A stretch of DNA of 64,000 bases, from the NCBI GenBank assembly GCA_958009085.1, contig OY253677.1, positions 186,001-250,000 on the forward strand, given 5' to 3'. Shown piece by piece: positions 10,970 through 26,356 of the stretch. A program made the translations under genes and the position numbers. This DNA comes from Protoeuglena noctilucae. Its lineage: Eukaryota. The notes beneath the pieces are model-generated. The model saw only the letters and a list, made by a program, of their open reading frames with translations. It had not been told where the DNA came from and did not search any database. Every line of letters starts with the position of its first letter. Position 1 is the stretch's first letter.

Positions 10970-13250
10970 TCAGTCCAGCTCAGGTACCACGCCCGCCGCC
11001 ACTGGCATGCTCCCCCTCTGCGTCTCTCTGGCTACGGTACTGGGCGGCGCCAGGGCCAGGGCGATGGAGCGCTGCGCCAGGGCGCGGCGCACGTACACCT
11101 CCAGCCCCTCGGCAGGCGCCAGTGCCCGCGCGTCGTGGCGACTCAAAGCACGCAGGGCGCGGCCCAGCGCCTGGCCCCTGCGCCAAGCCGCCTGCGGGTG
11201 TGGCCGGGCACCGCATCGTCAGGTGGGAAGCGAGGCTGGCCTGGCCGAGGACAGGCCCGCAGCGTCGACACCCGCGACCCTCCACGCACCTCGAGGCGCT
11301 GCGTGAGGGCAGCCATGAATCGTTCGTGCGACTCGGCGTCGAAATCCTCGGGCGCCAAAGCGCCACCGTCCTCCGCCCCCGGTGCGGCCGATGCAGGGGC
11401 AGCATCCCCCGCCACCACCACGGCCGACGCCCCCGTCCCCAGCGCGGCTTCGCCCGCCCCAGCGCCCCGGACATCCGGCGTCGCGGGCGCCGAGGCGGCC
11501 CACAGAGGGTTGTCCACGACCGTCACGCCCTCCCCCGACGGGAACGCTGGGCCTGGAAAACCCACGCCCCCCGTCCCCCCCGCATCCCCCCCCGCACGCA
11601 GCCCCGCATCCCCATCAGCCAGCAGCGCATCCCGCTGCTTCCGCAGGACCTCTGCCTCTGCCTCCTTCGCCGCCAGCATCTCCCGCATCCGCGCCACCTC
11701 CGCGTCGGCACCCGCACCCGGGGGTGAGCCCACGGCAGGGGCACCCTCCATGCCACGCGCCTGGCGCGCCGCCTGGCCCCGCCCCCGCGGCGCCGGGGGT
11801 CCCTGCGCCAGACCCCGGCCCTCCATGGTAACCGATCGGAACGACTGGGACCGGAGAGGCCCAGTCCTGCGGGGCGCGTCCGCCCTGTGTGGTTGACAGC
11901 GGATTGGTCTGACGCATCCCTGCTTCTCTCAGCAGGTCCTGCCCGGAGACGCAAACGCGCCCCCTCCCTCGCTTTACTCACCCCACCACTCACCGTGCCG
12001 CTTCCGGCTCCTCCCCCCGCACCACCTTGGCCATGAGCGCCTGCATGGACCGGTCGTAGTGCTGCCGCTGCTCACGCATGTCCTCCCGCAGCCGCTCGTT
12101 CTCACTGCGGTGCAGAGGGACAAGCAGACTCTTAGGGGAAAGGCAGACGCATCTTTGGTCCTTTCCAGTCCCTCTGCTGTCCATGCAGCCACGGCCACCC
12201 ACCGCATCTGCGCCTGCAGCTGCTCCTTCAGCTCCGCCAGCGCCGCCGCCACCTCCGCCGCGCCCCCCGCCTCCCCCACCCGCGTCTCCGCCCCCGCCTC
12301 GCTCAGCGCCGCCGCCAGCTCCTGCCACACCGACTCCTCCCCGTCACTCACGCTCCCCGCGCTCCCCGCCCCTGCGCGCCCTCGACTCCGCGCCTGCAGC
12401 GCCCCCAGCAGAGTGCCCGCGCCGCGCAGCCCTGTCACCTCGATAGGCCCCTCAGGCAGCGCGTGAGACGACAGGTCGCCTGGGGCGTAGGAGAAAGACG
12501 CGTGGCCGAGGACGCTGCGTGGAAGACGAGAGACGACAGAAGCGCGCTGGATGCTAGTCCCGCAGGCGTGCAACGAGCCCCGCAGGCCATATCCCACCTG
12601 CTGTTGCCCCCCCGCGTTGTCGGGGGCGTCAGGACTGGGTCGCCGCTGGCAGTGCTGCGGGCCTGGCCGCGGGGCGACGCCAGGGCAGGGCCCGCCAAGT
12701 CCGGGTAGCGTGGGGGGACCTGCAGGACAGGAGGGCTCCCTGGGCTATTGTCGTGGCTGGCGTCGTCGCCACTGGCTCGACTCTCGCCGCTCCAGGCCGG
12801 CCTGACACGTCCTCCTGCCAGCCTCCCATCACCTTGACCTGCAGAGGGTCCTGGTCTGGTCGCTCCAGCCCCGCCCGCGGCCGCGTGCGAGCCCCGTCCT
12901 CCACCCCCGGCATCGAGATGCGTCGCGACGGCGGCCCGGACCCCCCAGGGGTCCGCTCTTCCTGCCCCAGCTTCACCGACGCGCTCCACCCAGTGGAAGC
13001 CGGCCTGCGGAAGCTTGCCTGTGGAAGCTGCCTTCGGGTCGCCGACGCGACCGGCTGGGGCCGGGTTCCGGGTCGGGAGCCGGAATCAACGAGAGTGGCG
13101 CCGCTGCGGGTGGCAGTAGAGGAATCACGTGCCCGTGCAGCGGATCACATCTGTCAATGCTGCGGCGCTGACCGCCTGGCAACCACACCTGGGCGGCGGT
13201 CCGGACGCCTGGCCCTGCGCGGCCTTGCGCGCCAGGAGCTCTTCCATCAT
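10970..13250 (-). CDS. Hypothetical coiled-coil protein (multi-exon)
   Basis: Coiled-coil-like exons (ELKEQLQAQMR, ENERLREDMREQRQHYDRSMQ, EVARMREMLAAKEAEAE) are flanked by GT..AG signals. Boundaries are uncertain. Confidence 0.45.
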
Positions 13251-13915
13251 GTTGCGGTACGAAGATGCCCCAGTCGTGGCGGGAGGGGGCGACTTTTGAC
13301 CCCGGAGACGCTTGGTACCTGACTTGCCCTGGCTGGACGCGGAGCCGGGCACAGGGGCGCTGGTGTTGCCCGGGGGCCGCGAGGACGTGGCGCCGTCATC
13401 GCCCGTTCGCCCAACCGATCTCGCCGATAGAGTCACCGATGGGTCTCTGCAATGGCAGTGTAAAAGCAGATGTTATACGCTGAGATGTTGCGCTGCGGCG
13501 AGACAAGCAATCTCGGGTGACCGACCTGGGCAGGGGCGGCCGCCCGGCGACGGCAGGCATGCCGCTGCTAGGCACAGGCGCGGGGGTCTGGGGTCGCTAA
13601 GAGTTTCAAATTGTGACTAGCTGAGTAGTCCGCGGCTCGCGGGTGTGTCTGCCGTCTCTTAGCAACACAAAGACGAAATGTGCCCCAATCTTTGCCCGGA
13701 TCGTCGCGAGTAAATTTGCCCTTGTTTCAGAGCGCCAGACAACTCCCAACACCGCGAACCTCCCATCCCGTCCATGCCACCCTCTGACCATTTGTCTCGC
13801 GGTGCTGCGGCGAGCTCAGCCTCAGTCTGGTGGCGGGATGCCCGCCGCTGCCTGCTAGGACCCTGCGGGCGCAAGCTCGTGCTCGTGTCGCTTGGTGCCA
13901 TCGCAACCGTGCAAA

Positions 13916-16235
13916 ATGGAGTCATTGTATTTATCATCCGTCCTGCACGCGGGCGCCCTCCCCATCACTTCGCCCGTCTGCCCAGAGCTACTCAGGTGTG
14001 CTGCCACTCGTCACACTTTTGCCCCCCCCTGCGCCGGGGTCGAGGTTTTCTTCCCGCACATTAGCGCCAAGCGCACTAAGTTAGGTCTTCTGCGCGAATC
14101 GTGCGGAAGCAGCGATTGATGAGGCCGAGACCGGCGCCGGCCTCATCGATTCTCCCGCATCCATGCTCGCAGAGAAGGTCCTTGGTGCCTCTCGCGGTTC
14201 AACATCCGCCGAAGGATCGGCGAGGGCTTCTGCAGCAAGGTCTACGCTTGTCAGGACCGCGCGAGCGGGATTTCCGTGGCGCTCAAGCTCTATAGCGCGG
14301 CCGCCGCGACGGACTACGAACAACTCCGCGAGATGATCGACAACGAGATCGCTGTTCACTCTTCTTTGTGCCATCCTCACATCCTGCGCTTCTACGGGGC
14401 CTTCCGCGAGGACGATTACCTCGCCCTCGTCCTCCAGCTCGCGCCCCAGGGCGACCTTCTCGGCGTCATGGGCCGTATACCCCGCGACGAGCACACCGTG
14501 TCGCGCCTGATCGCGGCGCCGCTCCTCAGTGCGCTGGCCTACCTTCACGGCCGCGGCCTGGTGCACCGCGACATCAAGCCGGAGAACGTCTTCGTGGACG
14601 ACTCGGACGTGTTCCTGGGCGACTTTGGGTTCGCGCGCAGCCAGCGTCGGGGAACCCTCCGCTCCGCCGTCGGCACCGTCCACTTCATGGCGCCGGAGAT
14701 TCTCCGAAACACCCTCGAGGGCGGGCGGTGGGGCGACTACGTGCCCCGCGACGAGCGCGTTCCGTATGGACCCGAGGTCGACGTCTGGAGCCTCGGCGTG
14801 GTGCTTTACGAGCTTCTTACGCGCCGCCTCCCCTTCACGGGCGACAGCCAGCAATCCGTCTGCGACGCCGTGCTCGCGGGCCCCCCCCCCCCCTCCCCAA
14901 GACCCTCTCATCTCTCTGCCTCGACTTCCTGTCGCGCATGCTCACGACAGACCCTGCGCGGCGCGCCACAAGCCGCGAGCTGCTTACGCACCCCTTCATC
15001 CTCGCCCACATCAGCCCCGTGTCGGTGAGGGCAGGCCACGTGTCTGGCAGCAGCTCACGCGGCCGCCGCTCGCTGTTGGGGTGCTTGGGTTCATGCGCCC
15101 TCCCTCGCTGCCCCCTTCGCAGCACTCCCGGCTGATGGCTGCTGCAGACTTCTCGGACTCCTCGGACTCTTGGTTGATGCAGCACGCCCGCACTGCTGTC
15201 ATGTCCCCCACTGCTTCCCATGCTCCCGGCTGGCTCCCCGCCCTCCCCGAAGCAGGGGTGCCTTGCAAGTCGACCCTGCCAGAGGACGACGGCGACGGTA
15301 CGTGATTCCATGGCACCTCTCTCGCCCAGATGATCCGTGACCTGCTTGCATGGCACAGTCTGACCATCCTGCGCCCTGTGTCTACTGCAGTCGAGCTCCA
15401 GGACCCAGCCGACCGCGGCAGCCCTCCCCCGCCACCGAGCAACCCCTCCAAGGGTTGCCAGGGTCGCGGCGCCCGGCCGCACCTGGCGGTCTTCTTTGCC
15501 GAGGGGAGCTCCCACGGCGCCGCTGTTCCAGACACGCCGTGAGGGGCCGCGCTTGCGACAGGGAGCAGGACACGATCACGGCATGGTGGCCATCCCCTGA
15601 CAAGACGGCAGCTCATCGCGCACTTGCAGGTCGGCGCTCGCTGCCTCGAGCCGGGGGGATGGGTCGCCACGGCTGCGACCCCGGCGCACGTGGATGTCCT
15701 GGGCAAGGGTGCTGCCCGGGGCGACGCTGGGCTCCGCGCTGGGATCGCCGCGCGGCCCGCGCGCGCCCGCGAGCATCTTGGTGGGGAGCCTGCACGACTC
15801 CAAGCCGGGCTCCCAGGAGCTCACTCCCGGAGTGGCCAGGGGCTCACGGCCGACGAGCCATTGCGCGTCCTCGGAGCGCACGTACAAGAGGCCGCCGTCG
15901 CGGTGAGTAGGCGGGATGAGCCATGCGTTATGGCTGACTGTGCTCAACGCATACTTCGAACAACCCTCCGCTCGATGCTGCCCAGGGCGAGCCGGATGAC
16001 GACGATGACCCGCACGGACCTCGGACAGGCCGGGGTCTCCGAGGCGACGGAGGATGCGGAGGCGCTTGAGAAGGTGAGGCACGCCGCGGACACAGAGTTG
16101 CTGCGTCGCGAAGGCGCGGCTGGTGATTGCGACCGCGGCGACGCCAACCAATGCTCCATTCCCTGCAGGCTGTTCCTGCCCCTTCCAGACGCCCTGGGCT
16201 TGGACTACTGCAATGCTTCCGCCCCAGCCGCGTGA
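13916..16235 (+). CDS. Aurora-like Ser/Thr protein kinase with long C-terminal tail; apparent frameshift in a C13 run
   Basis: IGEGFCSKVY, VALK, HRDIKPEN, DFG, GTVHFMAPE, DVWSLGV. Intron 13996-14172. Subdomain XI (DFLSRMLTTDPARR..HPFI) lies in another frame after the C-run at 14881-14893. The 3' exons are uncertain. Confidence 0.85.
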
Positions 16236-16777
16236 AGCCTGCTTGCAAATGACCGTCTTTTTTCTGTCACAACCACCCCAGCAAGTCACTGGCACCGAGC
16301 GTGCTTTCCATCACCACGTGGCTGGCCTCCTCTACCCCAACCCCTCCTCCTGATCTCCGCTGTGGGATCATTGGTGACCGCCCTAGCCTCCCCCACCTGC
16401 TGCCATGCATCATTTGCTGGCTGGTAGCCGCGCCCGGCCATGGTCCCGGGCAGGCGCCCCAGGAGGGCTCCCCATCTCTCCCACCCCAGCATAGTCAGCA
16501 TCCTGGTTGCCCGTGTGGCCTGCCTGCGCGCCTTTCCGGCAGCGCAACCCAGGCATGCGCAGCCGCTGCCCGAGCGATGCCATTTCGCGTCATTTCTGCT
16601 GTGATGTGCCACGTCAGGTCCAAACATTCCCCTTCACCTTCCCTGGGTGCTGGCTGCTTCAAGCGCTGCCCCCGAGAACCCACGACACGTGACCCCGAGC
16701 TAGCACCCATTGAACCCAGCGCCGTTCACAGTAGATCGAACTGAACACAATCTAGGCACCACGAAGTATGCGGACAG

Positions 16778-17897
16778 TCACAGGTGCAGCTTGGCCCGCA
16801 GGTCCGCATAGGCCACCACGCCCTCGAGCATGTCGTGCGTGGGGCCGACGAAGAAGGAGGGGGTGGCCTGCACGCCCATGGCGCGCGCCAGCTCCGACAG
16901 CGACTCCACCTCCTCCTTGTGACGGGCACTCTGGGGGTAACGAGCGAATGACGCGAGTCGGACACAGCAAGGCCGGCCCGGTCTCTCTCCTGGAGCTCAC
17001 TGCCCCTGTCCCTGCTCACCGTGAAGCACTGCACGAAAGACTCGATGTCAAGGCCGGCCTCCTCCGCCAGCCGCCGCAAGAGGCGGCCCGTGAAGACCGA
17101 CCCACCCTCGTCACTCCCCGCCATCGGCGCCTGGAAGAGCAGGTGCCGCATCTCCCAGTACTGCACCGGCGACACGTCAGGGGTGGACTGACGAGGACGG
17201 TGGCGCAAGCGCCGACCACGACCGGCCCATGGCAGCTGGGCTGTAGCTGTCGCGCAGCGCCTGGCCCTCGCCTTGTGCTGCTCCTGTGCGCACAGCGCCG
17301 CGTGGGCCGCCCGCAGAGAGTCGTCGTGCAGGAAGGCCACCGGGTGGGACTCGATGCGCACCTGCCCCGAGGCGCCGAACTCGCGCAAGAGCGGCTCCAT
17401 CGTCAGTCGATGTGCCTCGTGGCAGTGGTGGCAGAAGAAGTCCGTGAACTCGACCACGAAACGGTCGGACGTCTCAGGGCCCAGCGCGCGCCCCTCGGCG
17501 TGGAGGTAGCCCCGCGTGAAATGGATGCCTTCGATGGGTTGCTGCAGGCGGGGCCACGGAGCGGTGTCGCAGCGCTCGGGGGAGCAGCGGAGCGGGCCCT
17601 GCGACTCGCGCGCACCTCAGCGACCGCCCGGGTCGGGTACCCGCCCTTAATCTTCTCAAACTGCAGCCGCGACACCTCGTCCTCCTCTCCCGGCAAATGC
17701 GGGAGGGTCGCCAGCCATATTGGCATCAGGACCGCGGCGAGGACGGCCGCAGCGAGGAACACGTACGGGAGCCAGTCTGGGACCTCGAAGCCATGGCCGG
17801 GTGGGGCGGCATCGCCTCCGTCCGCGACGCCCTTCCTGACGCGTGGAAGATAGGCACTGGAATTAAGCGCAACGGGCCGGAAACCTGGCGAATTCAT
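16778..17897 (-). CDS. Membrane-anchored DsbA/thioredoxin-fold oxidoreductase
   Basis: TM segment YVFLAAAVLAAVLMPIWL, then VEFTDFFCHHC (CxxC), AAHAALCAQEQHK|YWEM and cis-Pro loop GVQATPSFFV. Three introns, one of them GC (17271-17161). Confidence 0.8.
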
Positions 17898-18229
17898 CGC
17901 ATACGAGCTGCAAAACGAGCCTTCCTTTCTTCACCGCCCTCACCGCGGAGTTGTGCTGGCGTCTGGACGCTGCCGACGATACGCTGTGCTAAACGAACGC
18001 TCCATGTCACTAGGAAATCAGAAGCATCGCAGAGAAAGACTCGGCGAGCATCCCATCTGTGCGGCTCTCACAGCGTGCATCCGGTCTATGTGTCACAGAT
18101 CATGGCGGAACTGGTTTCAGTGGACACTAGCAAACACGTAGGGCTTTTGGCTCTCGCAACAACCCCCGGCACTGACATCACTTGCACGTCTGACAGGGCT
18201 TCAACACGTGTCATGACTCCAAGGATCGA

Positions 18230-19134
18230 TCACCGCATAGCCAGGCCAGCGACCGACCGGGGGGCGCGGAAGCTCCCCAGCACGTCGGCGATGGCGCCCT
18301 CGAATATGCTGCGCTCCGATTCGAGGCACTGGGCCGTGACGGTGTAAAGCCGGTTGAATGTCCCGTCGAAGCGAAGGGCCACGAGTTCCCATATCCTCGT
18401 CTCCTCCTGCCCCGGACGCCGCAGCAGATACTCGATGCGGTACATGGCACTTTCATCGCCCCCGTCCTGCTCCCTGGCCTCCACCAGGCGGGCCTCCTGG
18501 ACGTCCTCGGGCTTGCGTCCCCACGCCTGGCGCCGCAGATAGGAGCGGTCGAGGCCGTTCACCAGCGTCTCCCCAAAGGCCGAGGCTGCGGGGACCACGC
18601 GGCCGTGGATCGATGAGGGGCGCCACCCGATGCACCGCTGGCATCTGCATTTGAAAGGTACCGTACCTGTCCCGAACGACCCCAGCGTCGTGAAGTCCGC
18701 TGCTACGTTGGTCACGAGGACGGAAACGGACGCGCGCCCCGGGTTGGCTGGGTCCGGGTACCACGCCGTGACGCGTCGGGACTCGTTCTTGTTGAGCGCC
18801 GATGCCGATCCCTGGCCGCTCTGCCAGCCCCTCGGCACGCGGATCGTCCAGCCGGCGGAGTCTGAGGTGGGGATCGGGATTCAGGCGATGTGGATGTTGC
18901 TTTACAGCCCGAACAACCTGGATATTGCTCCCCAGCCCCATCCTTTCGCAAGAGGAGCATGCGAGAGCACTCACCTGTAAAGAGCGTCGCCTCATCGACC
19001 TCTGCCCTCACCGACCGAGCTTGCAACACCGACCTGCGGAGGGTTGGCGTGTGACGGTCTCTTTGCTGACACGAGACGCGAGATCGCGCGGGTCTGAGAG
19101 CCTCACCAGCTCGCGACTTGTGCGAAGAGTACAT
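18230..19134 (-). CDS. PPD3: PsbP-domain thylakoid lumen protein (PPD3-like)
   Basis: WTIRVPRGW, VSVLVTNVAADFTTLGSFG, FGETLVNGLDRS, YRIEY, NRLYTVTAQ. Two GT introns. The start is uncertain. Confidence 0.75.
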
Positions 19135-19677
19135 CGCGCCGGTTGAACGTGCAGGAGGCGCGCGCGGGGCTGACCGGCACTGGCCGGAGCTGGCCCTGCC
19201 CAGCCACGCCTGCGAACAGCTGCCCGAGGACCATGGCAGGACCCTCCTCGTCTTAGGGTTGTGACTCCCGCGGAACGCTCCGCCTCTGCCGCCCACAACT
19301 CAAGTCCAAAAACTGGCGAAGGATCGTAAAGTGTCAGAAATACTACAGACGATTGGATTGCGTCGCTGTGTATGCTCTACTTGCACGATATACGGCGCGA
19401 ACCGCCAGGTCGCGCTAGGGCTGAAGGTGCAGCACCACTCCCCAGGTCTAGATGGCGTCGGAGATGGTTGGCAGGAGGCGATGACGCGCTCCCCGGAAAC
19501 GAAGGCCTCTCCTGCAGGGCCTGTAGAGGAAGGGCGCCTGGCGACCAAGCCATCTGCTCAGGTGCCACGCTCTTGCGGAGGCTGTCCCTCTCAATCGCAC
19601 GCGGTGAGCGTCACCCAATTGCTTCCCGGCCCATTTCCGTGCCACAGACGGCTCCGGGCGACCATGGCAGCCCCTCG

Positions 19678-21638
19678 ATGTCTATTCCAATTCAGTCCGG
19701 GGGCGCGGAGGCAAGGAGGCGCGGCAATACGGACTTTCAGCTCTTCCCCGAGGGTCCCCAGCTCCGCGTGCTCCCGGAATGCCCAAAGAGTCTCCGCCGC
19801 ACCCGGTATCAGCTGGGGGACGTCACGCCCTTCGCGATGCACGAGCACACCCGCGCTGGAGACATCTTCACAGGCGACGACTGGCCCAGCCGTACGCAGG
19901 TCCTCGTCCGCTGCTTCGACACCCGCCACTTGTCCCCAGCCGCGCAGGCGGCGCTGCGGGGGTACGCGAGGGGCGTGCAGGCAGTCACGCACCGTGCCCT
20001 CCTCACGGCGTGGGTCATTTTCCAGGACGGGCCCTTTGCTGTCTTCCTGCATTGCCCCGAGCCAGGGGCCGTCCCCGTGCAGCAGTACATCCGCGAGCAT
20101 CGCGACAACTTGAGCGAGTGGGACGTGCTGCGGACCGTGGTGCTGCCCCTCTGCCAGGCGCTTACGCACCTGCACTCCAAGGGCTTCCTCTACGGCCCCC
20201 TGTCAGGTGCGCCCCGCGCCGTCCGTGCGTGCCAGAGACCATGGGTGCTATCCGTGGTGCCTTACCCTTCCCCATCGCCCCGTCTGCGCCCCCAGTCACC
20301 GACCTGGCCTTGGTGGATGGCCCAAGCGGCCCACGCCTCAAGATGGGCTGGGACCCGACGCCCATGCGGCTCTTCGCGATGCCGGGGCGCTGCATGATGC
20401 GGAGGGGGGGGCAGGCGCAGGCGGGGACGTCGTGGCTCGAGTCTCTGCCCCTGGACGACATGATGACGTGCATGCAGGGCCTCCCACTGCCGGCACCCGA
20501 GCTCTTCTCAGAGCCACGCCGCGTGGGCCCGGGGACGGACTCGTGGGGTTTCGGAGCGGTGGCGGGCCTCTGCCTGGGCCTGGGCGCCGTGCGGGTGTGG
20601 TCGAACGAGACGGGCAACACGCGCGCCGTCATCAAGCTGCCCCAGGCGCTGTCCTGGGAGAGCAAGGACCTCGTGGCCACCTGCCTGCACAGGCGAGGGA
20701 GGGAGGGGGCGCGACCCGGGCGCAGCTGGGGAGGGCGCCATGCGACCATGCGGCAGCTGTGCCACGCCCTGTTCCCTTCCTCGCCCCGCAGCCTGCCGTC
20801 GCAGCGTCCGACGCCGGCGGCGCTGCTGTCGCACGCTGCGTTCGACATCTGCCGGCCGCGGTCGGCGCTGGCGCGGCTGGCCCCGTGCCTGGCGCCGCGG
20901 GTGCGCAGGGACCCCCAGGAGCGCGTGCCGGTCAAGATCAACGCCACCATTTGCCGCAACCTGACGGACCAGGGTGAGGGGGCGAGGGAGGAGCGGGGGT
21001 CGACAAGCGGGCATGGGGGGTCGTCGGGGCGCACGGACAGGGCACGGGCATAGGCGATGCTGTTGGGACGACGCAGCTGGCCAAAGGCTGGCCACCACGC
21101 CCGCACCCCCGCAGCCACGGCCGTGCACAAGGTGTGGTCGCAAGCAGAGGCGGAGGCATGCAGGGTCGCTGGGCCACAGGCGGTTGCGCAAGAGTCAGAC
21201 GGGAGCCAGCGGAACTCCGTTGGGTCGGTGGACGCGGCGTTCAGCGCAGAGCTGGTAGAAAGCAACAACTCTCTCCGCCCGAGGCCCTCCTCCGCCAACT
21301 CCCTCTACTCCCTCATCAGCGCCTTCCCCGCCACGCCCGCGGCCGAGGCCACCGCCCGGGCCGTGACCGCCTCGGTGCACCAGGCTGCCGCGAACCTGGA
21401 GACCGTCGCGTCGCTGACCCAGGTGTCCGGGCCCCACCGCTCGGTGCTTGGCCGGCATTTCTTAAAAGTGGCGCTGTCCAGCCCCGGCGGCCCCTCGTCT
21501 CCGGGGGACAAGCGGGGACCGCGCACGGCCCCCAGGGACGCACCCGATACCGACACCCCCGGAAACGCGAGGCGCACGGGGCCGCCATCCAGCCAAAACA
21601 AGCAGATGAGGGTGTTGCCTGCCATCGGGGCGCTTTGA
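19678..21638 (+). CDS. Kinase-fold protein lacking catalytic motifs (pseudokinase)
   Basis: VVLPLCQALTHLHSKGFLYGPL (HRD position), PAPELF, DSWGFG, LVATCLH|SLPSQRPTPAALLSH. Introns ~20207-20295 (GT) and 20693-20791 (GC). The last exon is uncertain. Confidence 0.7.
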
Positions 21639-21751
21639 GCTTCAAAGCGGCCCGTGGCAGTGTCTTGTTTGAGCAGCGGGCTCCGTTCCGCTTGGCAGCA
21701 CGCGCAGGCGGCCCAGCACTAGGAGAGCAGAGCAGAGGGTCAGACATCATG

Positions 21752-23951
<2,200 letters not shown>

Positions 23952-24278
23952 TCACGTGCCCGATGAGGAGCGAGCAGCGCCCTGACACCGCGCGCTGCAC
24001 TCCCCTGGCGATGGCAATGCGATGATGATGCAAAGACTTCATCCGCCATACCCAAGCACGGTGAATCAGAAGCTGAAAACCTGGTCTGTCACCCCGCGAT
24101 GCTGTCAGGCAGGCGTACTGGCGAGATGGAGCAATCGCAGCCGACACCTCGCTGCCACGTCTCCAATCCGTGCACTCCCGACGGTTATATGTCACGCCAC
24201 GCTCCTTGTACCACAGCATAGCGGCGCGTTCGAAGTTCTTTTGACATCACCATTCCAGCGCCCCCGGTCATCTGAAAG

Positions 24279-26230
24279 ATGTTCGATGAGGGTCTGGAGA
24301 CTCTGACGACGCGGGATCAGGCGAGTCGGATGGTCCAGCACGTCGCGCTTCGCCGGGGCAGCCGTAACGCCCCACTTCACGCGCGTCTCCCGCAGGCGGG
24401 GCTGGAGCGCGAGGTCTGTTTGCTGCTGACGATGGTCGGGGGGCTCAGGCAAGGGCGTTGTGGGCCTGCCAGCGAGCGCTAGCCTGGGGGGGCGAGCATG
24501 TCCCGTGACCTGCACGCTCCTGAGTCGCAGCCCGGACCGCCTGGCGCAAGAGCTCCGGTTGCGTCGCGAGCAGCACGTGGTTTACCTTACCAAGAGCTTG
24601 GGCGCCCTTTCGGGGTCGTACGTGTCCCTGGACGCCTCGCGCCCCTGGATCGTCTTCTGGTGCCTCCACGGCCTGGCTCTGGTGGGCGCCCCCGCTGCCA
24701 TTCTCGCTGCCCTGCGCTCCTGGAACACTGCTCATGACGCCGGTGGCCAACTTGACCCCCTTCATTGCAAAGAGTTTCTGCCGCCATCATCGCCCTCACC
24801 CCCTCCCCCCTACCAGCTGGGTGTGGAGGCCACTTCCCTCGAGACTCCCTCCACGGAGGCGATTGTGGAATTTCTGTCCCAATGCCAGCACCCCGAGGGC
24901 GGCTTCGGTGGCGGCCCTGGGCAGTTGGCGCACACGGCCACCACATACGCGGCACTGGCGGCGCTGGTCACCGTGGGTGGCCCCGGGGCGCTGGGGTCCA
25001 TCGGCCGGGAGTCGCTCATGGCCTTCCTGACCAGGATGTGCGTGGAGGACGGGGAGGGTGGCATGCGCGTGCACGAGGGCGGCGAGGTGGACATCCGGGC
25101 GTGCTACACCGCCGTGGCGGCGGCAGCGCTGGCGGGGCTGGACGTGGGGGAGCTGGGGCGGCGGGGGAGGGTGGCGGCGTATGTGGCGGCGTGCCAGACG
25201 TGGGAGGGGGGCCTGGGGGGAGAGCCGGGGAACGAGGCTCATGGGGCATACACTTACTGTGGGCTGGCGTGCCTGGCCTTGCTGGGGGAGGCGGGGCGCC
25301 TGGACCTGCGGGCCCTGGCGCAGTGGTGCGTGCGGCAGCAGGGCGGCGTGGAGGGCGGGTTCCGCGGCCGCACCAACAAGCTCGTGGACGGGTGCTACTC
25401 GTTCTGGCAGGGGGCGCTGATGCCCCTGCTGCAGCGGGTGTGGCCCGAGACGGCCGCGCAAGGGGGGGTGCCGCGGGGGCCGGGGCTGCAGGGGGATGCG
25501 GCACGGGCGGCCCGCGCGTGGGCGGCGGCGGAGGCGGTGCTGTGTGACGCGCCCCTGGGGGAGGTTGGGGCGGACGTGCAAGCGGAGAACCACTTGATGT
25601 GGGTGGCGGGGGAGCGGGCGGCGCGCGGCCACGCGAGCGCAGCGCCGCCGGCCGACGCGGACGCGGTGCGGCGGGCGCAGGAGGACGTGACGGTGGCCGA
25701 CAGCATGGCGCCTGAGGTGTTCGCCCAGTGCGCCGTCCACTGCAGCACGCGTGAGGGGCCAGGGCTGCCGTCTGTCGTTGCCCTCGCAACACGCTGCAGC
25801 AGCCGATGACCATCTGTCGTCGCCCACGCAGGCATGGAGGCGCGGGATCCCCATGACACGCCCGTTTCCACGAGGCGCTGGGCGGATGCCGCGGCACTGC
25901 AGGGGTGGGTCCTGGCCTGCTGCCAGCTGGAGAACGGCGGCCTCCGCGACAAGCCGGGCAAGCATCGCGACCAGTACCACACGTGCTACTGCCTCTCCGG
26001 TCTGAGCCAGGCGAGGAGGTCCTTGGAGTGTGTGCGGCTGGGCTGTAACTACGCACTGCGCTGCGGCACGGCCACCCCTCCCGTCTCCTCTCTGCTGACC
26101 CCAGTCTCAGCACCACTCCGGACTCTGCCTTGGTCCCGAAACCAACGCCCTCTGCCGTGCCGACCCCGCCCTCAACGTCGTGGAGACCAAGCTGGCCGCC
26201 TCCAAGGCCTTCTGGGCCGGACGCGCATGA
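24279..26230 (+). CDS. FNTB: Protein farnesyltransferase beta subunit
   Basis: LDASRPWIVFW, GGFGGGPGQ, GEVDIRACY, EAHGAYTYC, GRTNKLVDGCYSFWQ, LRDKPGKHRDQYHTCYCLSGLS. Five introns, three of them GC (24321, 24449, 26011). Confidence 0.93.
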
Positions 26231-26356
26231 CGCTAGGCGCTCGCATCTGGTCACTCGCAGATAATAACGCGCGCTTTCAAAACGGTCTGATGACGATAAT
26301 GAGGATGCGGACGCAGCGTCACAGTCACGCGCTGGCAGCACCGGGGACCGCGCCCC

